DNA of 34,237 bases from Tubiluchus corallicola (Eukaryota; Animalia; Priapulida): contig JAQGDQ010001572.1 of NCBI GenBank assembly GCA_030141605.1, positions 1 through 34,237 on the forward strand, read 5' to 3'. Numbering within the stretch: the stretch's first letter is position 1; each line of letters opens with the position of its first letter. Positions 12,672 through 24,465 of this stretch are shown here, in pieces. Below the pieces are notes generated by a model, which had not been told where the DNA came from, searched no databases, and was given only the letters and a program-made list of their open reading frames with translations. A program made the position numbers and the translations under genes.

Positions 12672-13081
12672 ACCTCGGAAATTCAAATTTCGTTAAACTT
12701 TCAAAGCTACGGCTCAGTGAATCTACTAAGATTGGCAACGGCGCCTTTTTGTCACATTCGCGTGACAAATAGAAGGCGGTAGCATGCTCTATGAATTGCA
12801 GTGTTAGTTTCTGACGACGTAGAGCCTATTTTCGTGACATCACGCGTTTAAGCAGTAACACTTATGCAAACGTGCTTGACGCGCAAGGGAACGTGCCTAC
12901 CATTGCACAAACTGTTGTTTGTTTCTGACGTACGCAATAGCTGCGTTCTGTTGCGTTAATTAACCTTCTAAGCTAACTGTTCAAGTATAAGAAACAATTA
13001 CTAACTTTATAGGCAAGAAAATGTACATTTTGGGCAGTTAAGTAAAATGAGATTGAGTCTAAACAATCGTCCAGTCTTCCC
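12672..13081 (-). mobile_element. Kolobok-like element fragment (mirror)
   Basis: Ends cgtccagtcttccc|ttaa. Confidence 0.62.
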
Positions 13082-13210
13082 TTAAATTAGTAGTTGCCTA
13101 TTTTTGTTTGCTAAACATTATATACGTCTCGTCATGTATTTTTATCTAGAGTTAAATTAAATAGACGTTCCCGTCGAAGAGCACAGCAAATTGTGGTGAA
13201 ATTTTCTCAA

Positions 13211-13510
13211 CATGAAACAGTGCTGGCTGTAATACATTTCACAGAATGATATCATGATATGTTGCTGTCAATTGCACATGAAACAGAGCTGACTGTAATA
13301 CGTTTCACAGAATGATATCATGATATGTTGCTGTCAGTTGCACATGAAACAGAGCTGGCTGTAATACGTTTCACAGAATGATATCATGATATGTTGCTGT
13401 CAATTGCACATGAAACAGAGCTGGCTGCATTACACGTCACAGAGTGATATCATGATATGTTTGTGTCAATTGCACATGAAACAGAGCTGGCTGTAATACG
13501 TTTCACAGAA
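13211..13510. repeat. 66-bp tandem repeat (mirror)
   Basis: Reverse complement of 6849-7148 with several substitutions. Confidence 0.9.
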
Positions 13511-13864
13511 CGATGATCATTCGTCTTGAAGAAAAAAAAGCGCGCTGCCAATCTTTATCAAAATTATAATAAGTTTTTACTGAAGAATTATGTAGCTAAT
13601 TTTGTTAACATTTCTGCGTGAATATTAGTGAGCTGCAGAAGTTTGAATACTTAAAGCAGGCGCGATTGCGGAAAGCCACGAGGCGCTTACGAAAAGTCAC
13701 GAAGTCTCCCAGTTACGTCGTAATTTTCAAGCGAATGACGACAATCATCACACCTGAAATATTCTAATCAGAGGTAGTATATTTTAAATTTATGTTTTAT
13801 AGAAAGTTTTTCTGCAAATTTCTTTGTTATGTTTTTCTAAGTTTGAGTGATACATGTAACAGCT

Positions 13865-15270
13865 AAATAAACCAAACATACTGAGTGACCTGTTCTGATT
13901 TATATTAGTAAAATAAACTAAACATACCGAGTGACCTGTTCTGATTTATATTAGTAAAATAAACTAAACATACCGAGTGACCTGTTCTGATTTATATTAG
14001 TAAAATAAACCAAACATACTGAGTGACCTGTTCTGATTTATATTAGTAAAATAAACCAAACATACCGAGTGACCTGTTCGGATTTATATTAGTAAAATAA
14101 ACCAAACATACTGAGTGACCTGTTCTGATTTATATTAGTAAAATAAACTAAACATACCGAGTGACCTGTTCTGATTTATATTACTAAAATAAACTAAACA
14201 TACCGAGTGACCTGTTCTGATTTATATTAGTAAAATAAACTAAACATACCGAGTGACCTGTTCTGATTTATATTAGTAAAATAAACCAAACATACCGAGT
14301 GACCTGTTCTGATTTATATTAGTAAAATAAACCAAACATACTGAGTGACCTGTTCTGATTTATATTAGTAAAATAAACTAAACATACCGAGTGACCTGTT
14401 CTGATTTATATTAGTAAAATAAACCAAACATACTGAGTGACCTGTTCTGATTTATATTAGTAAAATAAACTAAACATACCGAGTGACCTGTTCTGATTTA
14501 TATTAGTAAAATAAACTAAACATACCGAGTGACCTGTTCTGATTTATATTAGTAAAATAAACTAAACATACTGAGTGACCTGTTCTGATTTATATTAGTA
14601 AAATAAACTAAACATACTGAGTGACCTGTTCTGATTTATATTAGTAAAATAAACTAAACATACTGAGTGACCTGTTCTGATTTATATTAGTAAAATAAAC
14701 TAAACATACAGAGTGACCTGTTCTGATTTATATTAGTAAAATAAACTAAACACACTGAGTGACCTGTTCTGATTTATATTAGTAAAATAAACCAAACATA
14801 CTGAGTGACCTGTTCTGATTTATATTAGTAAAATAAACCAAACATACTGATTGACCTGTTCTGATTTATATTAGTAAAATAAACCAAACATACTGAGTGA
14901 CCTGTTCTGATTTATATTAGTAAAATAAACCAATCATACTGAGTGACCTGTTCTGATTTATATTAGTAAAATAAACCAATCATACTGAGTGACCTGTTCT
15001 GATTTATATTAGTAAAATAAACCAAACATACTGAGTGACCCGTTCTGATTTATATTAGTAAAATAAACCAAACATATTGAGTGACCAGTTCTGATTTATA
15101 TTAGTGAAACAAACCAAACATACCGAGTGACCTGTTCTGATTTATATTAGTAAAATAAACCAAACATACTGAGTGACCTGTTCTGATTTATATTAGTAAA
15201 ATAAACCAAACATACTGAGTGACCTGTTCTGATTTATATTAGTAAAATAAACTAAACAACTGATTGACCC
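13865..15270. repeat. 46-bp minisatellite, ~30 copies (mirror, longer)
   Basis: Unit ccaaacatactgagtgacctgttctgatttatattagtaaaataaa. Confidence 0.97.
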
Positions 15271-16071
15271 TTTCTTTCCTTTAAATTTCATTATAATTAG
15301 CTACCTTCCGCTAACCATAGTCAGTACTAGACTTGGATTGAAACAGAAATGTGTCTGTTTGAAACTCAACAATTGTTTATGCGTTCAGAGTCAAAAAGTA
15401 GAACATTGACCTGCCTCACCCCTATCGTGCATAATACAGCGGTCTAATCGTGCTGTACAGTATGTTTCAGCTGACTGCACACGGGGGGTATGGACCTGTG
15501 ATTAACCAAGCGAGTTTGTCTTCCGTGTCCGACCGGCCTTTTATCCTAAGTTTGGGAGAATTAATGAGCTCAGCTGCCCATTCTTTCAATATGGAAAGTG
15601 AGCTGATAGATTTGAGCGTCGTCAGAGTATAAGTATGTGTCTTCTAAAGTGGTTTTAGAGACAATTTTATAGTGAAAAAGTAAGAAAAAGTCAACGTGCT
15701 GTATTTCCTAGTTTATGACTTTACGTAACCTGAGGTGGCTGGCTGTCTACAACGCGTGGCACTGATATTTCTGTGAGAACATATTATTCATTAAACAAGG
15801 TTAGTTTACAGGCTGTACCTGTTAATTCATCTAAAAAAACTTTGTAGATGTAATTTTGTTCGCTACTTTTGTTCTGTGTAAAATGGAATCACTAAAGTAA
15901 ATCGAAATCTTGACCTTGTAATTTGTAATTGCAATTTATTATCTACTTTTCTTAAATATAAATTACGTAAATATATAAAAATAAGTACATAAATGTATAT
16001 ATTACACAAGAATATAATTTTACGTTATCATGTGCATTATCGCCTTACAACTATTATGCATTATCGTTTCT

Positions 16072-16530
16072 TCTCCTCTTTTCCTTCTTCCTATCCCTAA
16101 TCTTACTATTTTTTCCATTCCATCATGTCTACTAAACCCTAACCATTCTTTCATTAACTCATCCTCCCCTCCTTTCCTTCTTCCTATCCCTAATCTTACT
16201 ATTTTTTCCATTCCATCATGTCTACTAACCCTAACCATTCGTTCATTCACTCATCCTCTCCTCCTTTCCTTCTTCCTATCCCTAGTCTTACTATTTTTTC
16301 CATTCCATCATGTCTACTAACCCTAACCATTCGTTCATTCACTCATCCTCTCCTCCTTTCCTTCTTCCTATCCCTAGTCTTACTATTTTTTCCATTCCAT
16401 CATGTCTACTAGCCCTAACCATTCTTCCATTCACTCATCCTCTCCTCTCTTCCTTCTTCCTATCCCTAATCTTACTATTTTTCCATTCCATCATGTCTAC
16501 TAACCCTAACCATTCTTTCATTCACTCATT
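16072..16530. repeat. 92-bp tandem repeat (mirror)
   Basis: Reverse complement of 4178-4635. Confidence 0.9.
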
Positions 16531-16746
16531 TCTGCCACCTTAACAAGCCAAGCTTTCAAGGTGTCATACAGCAACTCTTTTATTTGGTTAATTTGACTTC
16601 ATCAACGTTTTTTTACGTATACTGTTTCTTTTTTTCAATAACATTGTATGTTGATGCATTGTATATGTATTGCTGGAGTGAAATAAATAGATTGATTGAT
16701 TGATTGATTATAACTAGGAATTATCAAATACAGTTATGCTTTAAAA

Positions 16747-16918
16747 ATACTACGAAGAGTAAGATGGTAAAGTTTCAGCATTAATTGCTCATTGCATAGT
16801 TTTATATGCAGTGATACTGCAATTGAATGTACTAGTGCAGTTATTTAGTTGCAGTATGACTGCATATACCTGTGCACTGTGCGATAAGTGCTGAAACGTT
16901 GCCATCATAGTATTAGTA
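16747..16918. mobile_element. ~170-bp hairpin (mirror)
   Basis: Reverse complement of 3790-3961. Confidence 0.65.
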
Positions 16919-17042
16919 TTATTTGTAGCATTATTGAAAGTCTGTACCCCCAAGTTCCTGTTCAAATATAATTACGATAATTACAACGGAAATAGAGTTA
17001 CTAAACTACATAATAGTTTATTGACCATTATGTCGCGGTTGA

Positions 17043-17441
17043 TTAAAACATACCGAGTGGAAACGACAAAATTACATAGACACATGCAAGTCAGAAGAGG
17101 TTAAAGATATATTGAAAATAAGACTGAATATGATTAAAGTTAAAGAAAACTACAAGAATGAGTTTAAGCATCAGTTATTATGCCCAGTGTGTGGGGAAGA
17201 TGATGATACTACTGAACATATGCTTAGATGTGACAGATATGGAAAAAAACTCAGATATATTAACGAACAGTGAAAATGAAAGATTGCTAGAAATTAGAAA
17301 TCTAGTAAACGAATGCATGGAATACAGGATAAAGACAAATAAAGACATTAAAGTAGGAAAAGACAACTAAAAGATCAGCGTTACTGCAAAATAGACTTTG
17401 CAGCCTATAAAGGTGCCCGCCTCTGACAGAGAGAGAGAGAC

Positions 17442-17507
<66 letters not shown>

Positions 17508-17595
17508 GAGAGAAACAGAGAAAGAGAGTGAGAAAGAAAGAGAGAGTGAGTGAGAGAGAGAGAGAGATGGAAGAGAAAGAAAGAAAGACAGAGAA

Positions 17596-17626
<31 letters not shown>

Positions 17627-17696
17627 TGGGAGAGAAAGAGAGAGAGAAAGAGAGAGAGTGAGAGAGAGAGACGGCGAGAGAGAGAGAGAGAGAGAC
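17043..17696 (+). mobile_element. 5'-truncated non-LTR retrotransposon 3' end (ORF2 C-terminal CCHC zinc knuckle) with (GA)n tail
   Basis: Manual translation from 17043: LKHTEWKRQNYIDTCKSEEVKDILKIRLNMIKVKENYKNEFKHQLLCPVCGEDDDTTEHMLRC. Apparent frameshift at the A-run ~17243, stop at 17370, short UTR, then (GA)n at 17427-17696. Confidence 0.72.
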
Positions 17697-17761
17697 ATTA
17701 GATTCAAACGAATAAGGTGCTGCTTCGGTTGGTTTTAGGCCTGGTTTTCCTAAATTTGCTT

Positions 17762-17780
17762 AGAGAGAGAGAGAGAGAAA

Positions 17781-17861
<81 letters not shown>
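17762..17861. repeat. (GA)n microsatellite (mirror)
   Basis: Read directly from sequence. Confidence 0.95.
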
Positions 17862-17864
<3 letters not shown>

Positions 17865-17963
17865 CGAGAATCGCAACCGCAATTACAAACCAGAAAAAAA
17901 TCCAGCATGGTGGTCAAGTAGAATTCCTTGAAGACATATACATTCGTTACATTTCATCATAGT

Positions 17964-18184
17964 TAAGTGGCGTTTATGTTAATGCGGATGCGGATGCATT
18001 TTCTAATACGGATAAACCCGCGGAAGAGAATCAATAAAAACTGATTTTTCAGAAAGACAAAAAGAATAACTGCAGAAAAACACTAACGCATGCGCAGGCT
18101 GCATAAACAGGTGCATCGAAAACAATATAAACCGATTTTGTCTATTCCGCACAACAAAACGCATCCGCATACTGCATGCCACTT
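17964..18184. mobile_element. Foldback/MITE-like element (mirror)
   Basis: Reverse complement of 2505-2725. Confidence 0.5.
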
Positions 18185-18541
18185 TATGTAACCTAGTTTT
18201 GATCACTCCTATACCTACTTGCTTGTTAAATCTATATAACTGAATGCAGTATAATTACATCAGTATTAATTACAGGTTTGCCTGTAGATTTTTACTCCAA
18301 TAGCCAGAATAGGATAGACCTGTGGTTCTTTCAAATGTATCTAGAGACCGTCTAATCATACGCATGCGCAGATTTGACTGACAGTGAATAGGACCTCAGG
18401 TAATCAATATGTATATTATTAGTAGGTAAAGAATGCTTGCTACTCTTACATCGTAATGTCTTTTGAACTAAGTTTCTAGTGATTCATTAACACCAGTCAA
18501 AATATTTTAAGCACATTAGTTTGTCCAGGCTGTATTGTGTT

Positions 18542-18845
18542 TAGTGGCGTAGCTAATAGGATAGCAAGAGGACTAACCTTCTTCCCGGAGGACAGTTTTC
18601 AAGATTGCCGCTTTTTCAACAAGTTGCTTCAACGACTTAACAACGTGAATTTATGCAACTCAGTTGTCAAAGTTGACTGATTGAACCAAGGATCAAGTTT
18701 CCACAAATCTAGTTATTAAAATATGTTCATGCCTCAGGCTGTTACTGTCTGCTGTGGCATAACCAAACGTATTATTGATTTATATGACATGGCGTCTCTT
18801 TTGTGTAGTTGCTCCCCCTAACTTTAGAACCTGGCTACGCCCCTG
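18542..18845. mobile_element. MITE with hAT-like TIRs (mirror)
   Basis: tagtggcgtagc ... gctacgcccctg. Confidence 0.55.
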
Positions 18846-18847
18846 GT

Positions 18848-19145
18848 CGTTCTCTCTATTCTGTGTTGTTCTGTTCTGCTCTTGTTCTGTTCTGTTGTGC
18901 TTTTTCTGCTCTGTTCTGCTCTGCCCTGCTGGTCTGTTCTGTTTCTGCTGTGTTCTGTTATGCTATGTTCTACAATGTTCTGTTCTGTTCTGCTCTTGTG
19001 TTTTGTTCTGTTTTTGTTTCTTCATTTATTTTTGGCGTTGTTTGTCTTTTCGTCTGTCTTGCTCTGTTCTCTTCTGCTCGTTTGTGTTCTGTTCTGTTCT
19101 GTTCTGTTCTGCTCTTTTGTGTTTTGTTCTGTTCTATTATATTTC
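18848..19145. repeat. Degenerate (GTTCT)n microsatellite (mirror)
   Basis: Read directly from sequence. Confidence 0.85.
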
Positions 19146-19344
19146 TGCCATAATAATTTGCTTTTCAGACGTGATAATGAATAGCGATGTGAAATTATAA
19201 ATACATGATTAAATTTTGCTTTTGTTTGACGTGGCTTAAGTTCTAGAATTAGTAGTTTGAGATAAATATGGATGTCAGTTTTCTATTTCCGCCATGTTTG
19301 ACTTTTTTCTACAGTACTGCACAATTTTAATGTCCTGTATTTCT

Positions 19345-19840
19345 TTTCATATCATTTTCCTCCACGCTGTTCAATTTTATATCATTTTGTTCCCACTTGT
19401 TCCGTTTTATATCATTTTGTTATACGTTGTTCCATTTCACATTATTTTTTCCACCATGTTCCATTTCATATAATATTGTTCCACCCGGTCCTATTCAATG
19501 TCATTTCGTTCCATTCTGTTCCATTTCATATAATTTTGTTTCACCCCGTCCTATTCAATGTCATTTTGTTCTGTCCTGTTCCATTTCATATAATTTTGTT
19601 CTACCTTGTTCCATTTCATATAATTTTGTTCTACCTTGTTCCATTTCACATCATTTTGTTCCTTCTTGTTCAATTTCATATCATTTTGTTTCAGCCCGTC
19701 CTATTCAATGTCATTTTGTTCCACCCTGTTCCATTTCATATAATGATGTTCCACCTTGTCGCTATTCAATATCATTTTGTTCCACCTTCCATTTCATATC
19801 ATTTTGTTTCACAATGTCCTTATTAAGTATCATTTTGTTC
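19345..19840. repeat. 30-bp minisatellite (mirror, more units)
   Basis: ccatttcatataattttgtt units with 30-bp period. Confidence 0.9.
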
Positions 19841-21502
19841 CACACTGTTCTATTTAATATCGTTTTCTTCTGTCCTGTTGTATTTCATATCACTTTGTTC
19901 TGTTGGGTTTTATTTAGTAGACAAAGGCCTCTTGGTTATTTGTGTTTGTTCCACCCTGTTCCATGTCATATAATGATGTTCCACACTGTTCTATTTAATA
20001 TCGTTTTCTTCTGTCCTGTTGTATTTCATATCACTTTGTTCTGTTGTGTTTTATTTAGCAGACAAAGGCCTCTTGGTTATTTGTGTTTGTTCCACCCTGT
20101 TCCATGTCATATAATGATGTTCCACACTGTTCTATTTAATATCGTTTTCTTCTGTCCTGTTGTATTTCATATCACTTTGTTCTGTTGGATTTTATTTAGT
20201 AGACAAAGACCTCTTGGTTATTTGTGTTTGTTCCACCCTGTTCCATGTCATATAATGATGTTCCACACTGTTCTATTTAATATCGTTTTCTTCTGTCCTG
20301 TTGTATTTCATATCACTTTGTTCTGTTGGGTTTTATTTAGTAGACAAAGACCTCTTGGTTATTTGTGTTTGTTCCACCCTGTTCCATGTCATATAATGAT
20401 GTTCCACACTGTTCTATTTAATATCGTTTTGTTCTGTCCTGTTGTATTTCATATCACTTTGTTCTGTTTGGTTTTATTTAGTAGACAAAGACCTCTTGGT
20501 TATTTGTGTTTGTCCCACCCTGTTCCATGTCATATAATGATGTTCCACACTGTTCTATTTAATATCGTTTTCTTCTGTCCTGTTGTATTTCATATCACTT
20601 TGTTCTGTTTGGTTTTATTTAGTAGACAAAGACCTCTTGGTTATTTGTGTTTGTTCCACCCTGTTCCATGTCATATAATGATGTTCCACACTGTTCTATT
20701 TAATATCGTTTTCTTCTGTCCTGTTGTATTTCATATCACTTTGTTCTGTTTGGTTTTATTTAGTAGACAAAGACCTCTTGGTTATTTGTGTTTGTTCCAC
20801 CCTGTTCCATGTCATATAATGATGTTCCACACTGTTCTATTTAATATCGTTTTCTTCTGTCCTGTTGTATTTCATATCACTTTGTTCTGTTTGGTTTTAT
20901 TTAGTAGACAAAGACCTCTTGGTTATTTGTGTTTGTTCCACCCTGTTCCATGTCATATAATGATGTTCCACACTGTTCTATTTAATATCGTTTTCTTCTG
21001 TCCTGTTGTATTTCATATCACTTTGTTCTGTTTGGTTTTATTTAGTAGACAAAGACCTCTTGGTTATTTGTGTTTGTCCCACCCTGTTCCATGTCATATA
21101 ATGATGTTCCACACTGTTCTATTTAATATCGTTTTCTTCTGTCCTGTTGTATTTCATATCACTTTGTTCTGTTGGGTTTTATTTAGTAGACAAAGACCTC
21201 TTGGTTATTTGTGTTTGTTCCACCCTGTTCCATGTCATATAATGATGTTCCACACTGTTCTATTTAATATCGTTTTCTTCTGTCCTGTTGTATTTCATAT
21301 CACTTTGTTCTGTTGGGTTTTATTTAGTAGACAAAGACCTCTTGGTTATTTGTGTTTGTCCCACCCTGTTCCATGTCATATAATGATGTTCCACACTGTT
21401 CTATTTAATATCGTTTTCTTCTGTCCTGTTGTATTTCATATCACTTTGTTCTGTTTGGTTTTATTTAGTAGACAAAGACCTCTTGGTTATTTGTGTTTGT
21501 CC
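19836..21502. repeat. 141-bp tandem repeat, ~12 copies
   Basis: 47-aa periodicity in the 711-aa ORF; reverse complement of the 1-955 unit. Confidence 0.96.
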
Positions 21503-22117
21503 ATGCTTACAGTCCGGATTTCCGTGATCTAGTAATCCTAGAAAATGTTAGTTTAGCTTTCTATCAAAACAATTGTTTTACCTTGCAATATTGATTAAAG
21601 CAGCTAGGGTTGCCACTGTGACAGTCCTATACAATAGTGCTCTCATTTTATCGTACTTGTTAAATTTCTACAATTTAGTTTGTTAAGTTAAGAGTGTTCC
21701 AGTACACGCCGCCGTCGACAGCGACAGTGACGAGGTTAAGCTAGCTAGCCAACGTGTGCACAGTGACTCACGATAAGTACAGTTTATTGTGTTTGTGGTA
21801 CACTTAAAAATCTCGGGTAAAATTAAACACAGTAGCTAAACTATAATTCGTAATTACATCTTTGTTAATTATTTCTCAAATGTGTTTTTCTTGTGTTAAA
21901 TAATATTGAGTTTATAGCTAATTATTCGTTTGTCCATCTGTTCTGATAATGTTAGATTCTCACGTTAAGGAAGCTCGCCAGGGACACACAGCTTTAGATC
22001 AAATAAAGCTTGCTGTTCTTTAAGTATTTATGGTGTGTTAGCATCAGTGTTGTAGTGATAATCTTGCCATATAAACACATTTACATCTTTCCATACTAAT
22101 CATTGCAGTGCTTCAAG

Positions 22118-22746
22118 ATGCGGATTCTTCCCAGACGTCGGTTATCCTTGGCATTCAAAGCAACAATTGCCCTGCCCATATGCTGGTTTGTCGTCTTCCT
22201 GTTCTTCTCCGTCACAGACCGATCGCGTTGGGGTTCCTCATCCCGTCACGAGGTCCTTCACGAGGACACGCTCCACCAGACGCCGTGGCAGAGGTTCCAC
22301 GAGCGGGAGAGGAACGGGTACAACCGATTCGCCGGTCTGGGCAAACCCTCATTGCAGGAGCAAGTGCAGAGAAAGATGGACCCGGACACGGGATCCGTTG
22401 ATTGGAAGAACAAGGCTGCGGATAATTCGCGGCTTGACCATCACAGAGGTCCTTGGAAAAGCAACGAAGACTCACGCCATGCACGAGACCATCGCACTGA
22501 CCCCAGAGCTGGACGGTACCATGACGTTCCTCCACCGGACCATCGTGAAGATGACCGGAACAGGGGATGGAACGAGTATCGGGGTCCGGAGGTGCCGCAT
22601 AGACGAGAACATCTTAGAGGAGATCCTGGATTCTTCGAGGACGACCACGAAAGGAAAGCAAAATTTCTTGACAGATATCAACGTCTTGAGGAGCAGAGGT
22701 ACGGAGAAATTGAAGATGATGAACAAATGCCTCCCATGGAAGAAAC
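22118..22746 (+). CDS. GALNT: Polypeptide N-acetylgalactosaminyltransferase (GT27), coding exon 1: cytoplasmic tail, TM anchor, charged stem
   Basis: Acceptor ttgcag|22109 with branch-like actaat; ATG at 22118 (MRILPRRR, then TM); donor gtatgt at 22747, phase matches the next exon. Confidence 0.82.
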
Positions 22747-22779
22747 GTATGTTATTTAATAGTGTAGTTAGTGCTAACA

Positions 22780-22960
22780 TGTGTGTTAGTGTGTGCGTGT
22801 GCGTGTGTGTGTATTAGTGTGTGTGTGTGTGCTTACATATACACGTATGTTAGTGTGTATATTCTTGTGTGTGCATGTGAGAGCATGTGTGTACATGCGT
22901 GCATGTGAGGGCGTGTATGTGTGAGGGTGTGTGTGCACGCATACATGTTTTCTTGATGTG
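22780..22960. repeat. Degenerate (TG)n tract
   Basis: Read directly from sequence. Confidence 0.8.
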
Positions 22961-23080
22961 TGTTCTGGCTACAATACAAAGAAGAGGTTTATTTTCAAAC
23001 TGCTGTGTCTAGCAGTGGATAAGTGGCTATGGTTGCTTTCATGCTGCTAAGGTGTAAATTCAGACCAGCTGTGCTAGATT

Positions 23081-23156
23081 GAGGAATAGCTCGACAGGTA
23101 GTGCAACCTGCCACGTACATAGCACAGAGGTTCTGGGTTCAAATCCTGGTGGTCCA
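23081..23156 (+). mobile_element. Degenerate tRNA-derived SINE head or tRNA pseudogene
   Basis: A-box-like tagctcgacagg and B-box ggttcaaatcc at tRNA-like spacing; stems do not pair well. Confidence 0.5.
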
Positions 23157-23667
23157 CAATTTTTAGTGCCCCTTATTCAGGTAATTAATTGTTAGGTCAA
23201 GTCAATAAATTGACCAATTCAGGACACGTTTCCAACTCACGTCTGGACAAGAACTTCAAACTTGTCGGTTTTAAATTCAAAAAATCCAAACTGCTTAAGC
23301 CATCATCACCAATCTTGTCACAGGGTTGGGCCTGGATAAAAGAAAGATTGATTTTACGTTCAAGGTCAAGGTCACACAGTCAATTTAAAAGTCCAAATTA
23401 ATTTTTGTTGCCCTTAAGTCAAGACGTGTGTTTATACCTCTACTGAGCACCCCCTTTCATGTGACAACCTTCCCTAATGAATTCTCAAATAGTATTAATT
23501 TTTGTAAAACGTTTTGTGTAATTTATTGTAAGGAGAAATTTTACCATTTGTCTTTCATTGTATGTCTTAGTTTGCTTACTAGATGGCAGCACTTGGTTCG
23601 GCTATATGAAAGTGCATTGCATTATGAAGTTGCCAGTGTAGAAAATCATGATTATTTTGCAGTTTAA

Positions 23668-24114
23668 CCATTTCAGTCCCAAATTATTTTTTTAATAAGA
23701 AAAAAATTTTGGCTTGGTACTTTTGTTTAGTATATCCGTCTTGTTTACACATAATAATTATTTTTTTCTACCTATATATAGCCTGTATCCCACGGCATGC
23801 ATTGGGATTCAGTGGAAGCATAAAATGTGCTTCGTTTTGCAACTGCTGATAATTTTTTAAAGTATTTAAGACATTTAGTATGCATGCTATGCTGATCTGT
23901 ACAAAGTCGTCTCTAAAGTACTGTACCTTACACAGTTTTTTATGCTATGTAGATTTTCTAGTTTGCCATTTTATCACTATTTTTAGTCTGTTGTTATTGG
24001 CTTAAATCAAAATAACTATTAACAGATCAAATAAGTGTCAGTTTTAAAATTTTATTAATTTTAAAGGCAAAAAAATATTCTCGTATCCCACGGGATACAA
24101 CGGGTATGAAAGGG
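23668..24114. mobile_element. piggyBac-like MITE with TTAA TSD
   Basis: ttaa|ccatttcagtccc ... gggtatgaaaggg|ttaa; internal gtatcccacgg occurs twice. Confidence 0.72.
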
Positions 24115-24294
24115 TTAACGGTGTTGTCTGAAATTTTAAATTTTTGTTTGTTTTTATAAAGAATGTAAAATAAAAATAAACAGTATCTTTATACGCTCAG
24201 TTTTTTTTTATAAAAACGTCAGTTGAATTTCAATTTTTCATTTTATTAAGAAAATCTGGATTTACTTTCAACTGTTGTTTATTTACTCACTCAG

Positions 24295-24465
24295 GTACAG
24301 CGATGATTCCCCGCCCGGTGACATGGGTCGACCCGTCATCCTGGGACATCTGAGTCCAGAAGAGCAAGCCAAAGTTGACGAAGGTTATGAAAAGAATGCC
24401 TTTAACCAATACGTTAGTGATATGATATCACTGCACAGGAACTTAACTGATGTTAGAGACCCGCT
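24295..24465 (+). CDS. GALNT: GALNT coding exon 2
   Basis: PGDMGRPV...NAFNQYVSDMISLHRNLTDVRDP; tcag| acceptor, |gtaagt donor. Confidence 0.93.

Noticed and set aside
19397-21532. 711-aa Cys/Phe-rich repetitive ORF
   Set aside because: By-product of 30- and 141-bp satellites (multiples of 3, stop-free in one frame); non-ATG start; the mirror copy is interrupted
23081-23156. Functional tRNA gene
   Set aside because: A/B boxes are present but the acceptor and anticodon stems do not pair; kept only as a SINE-like relic
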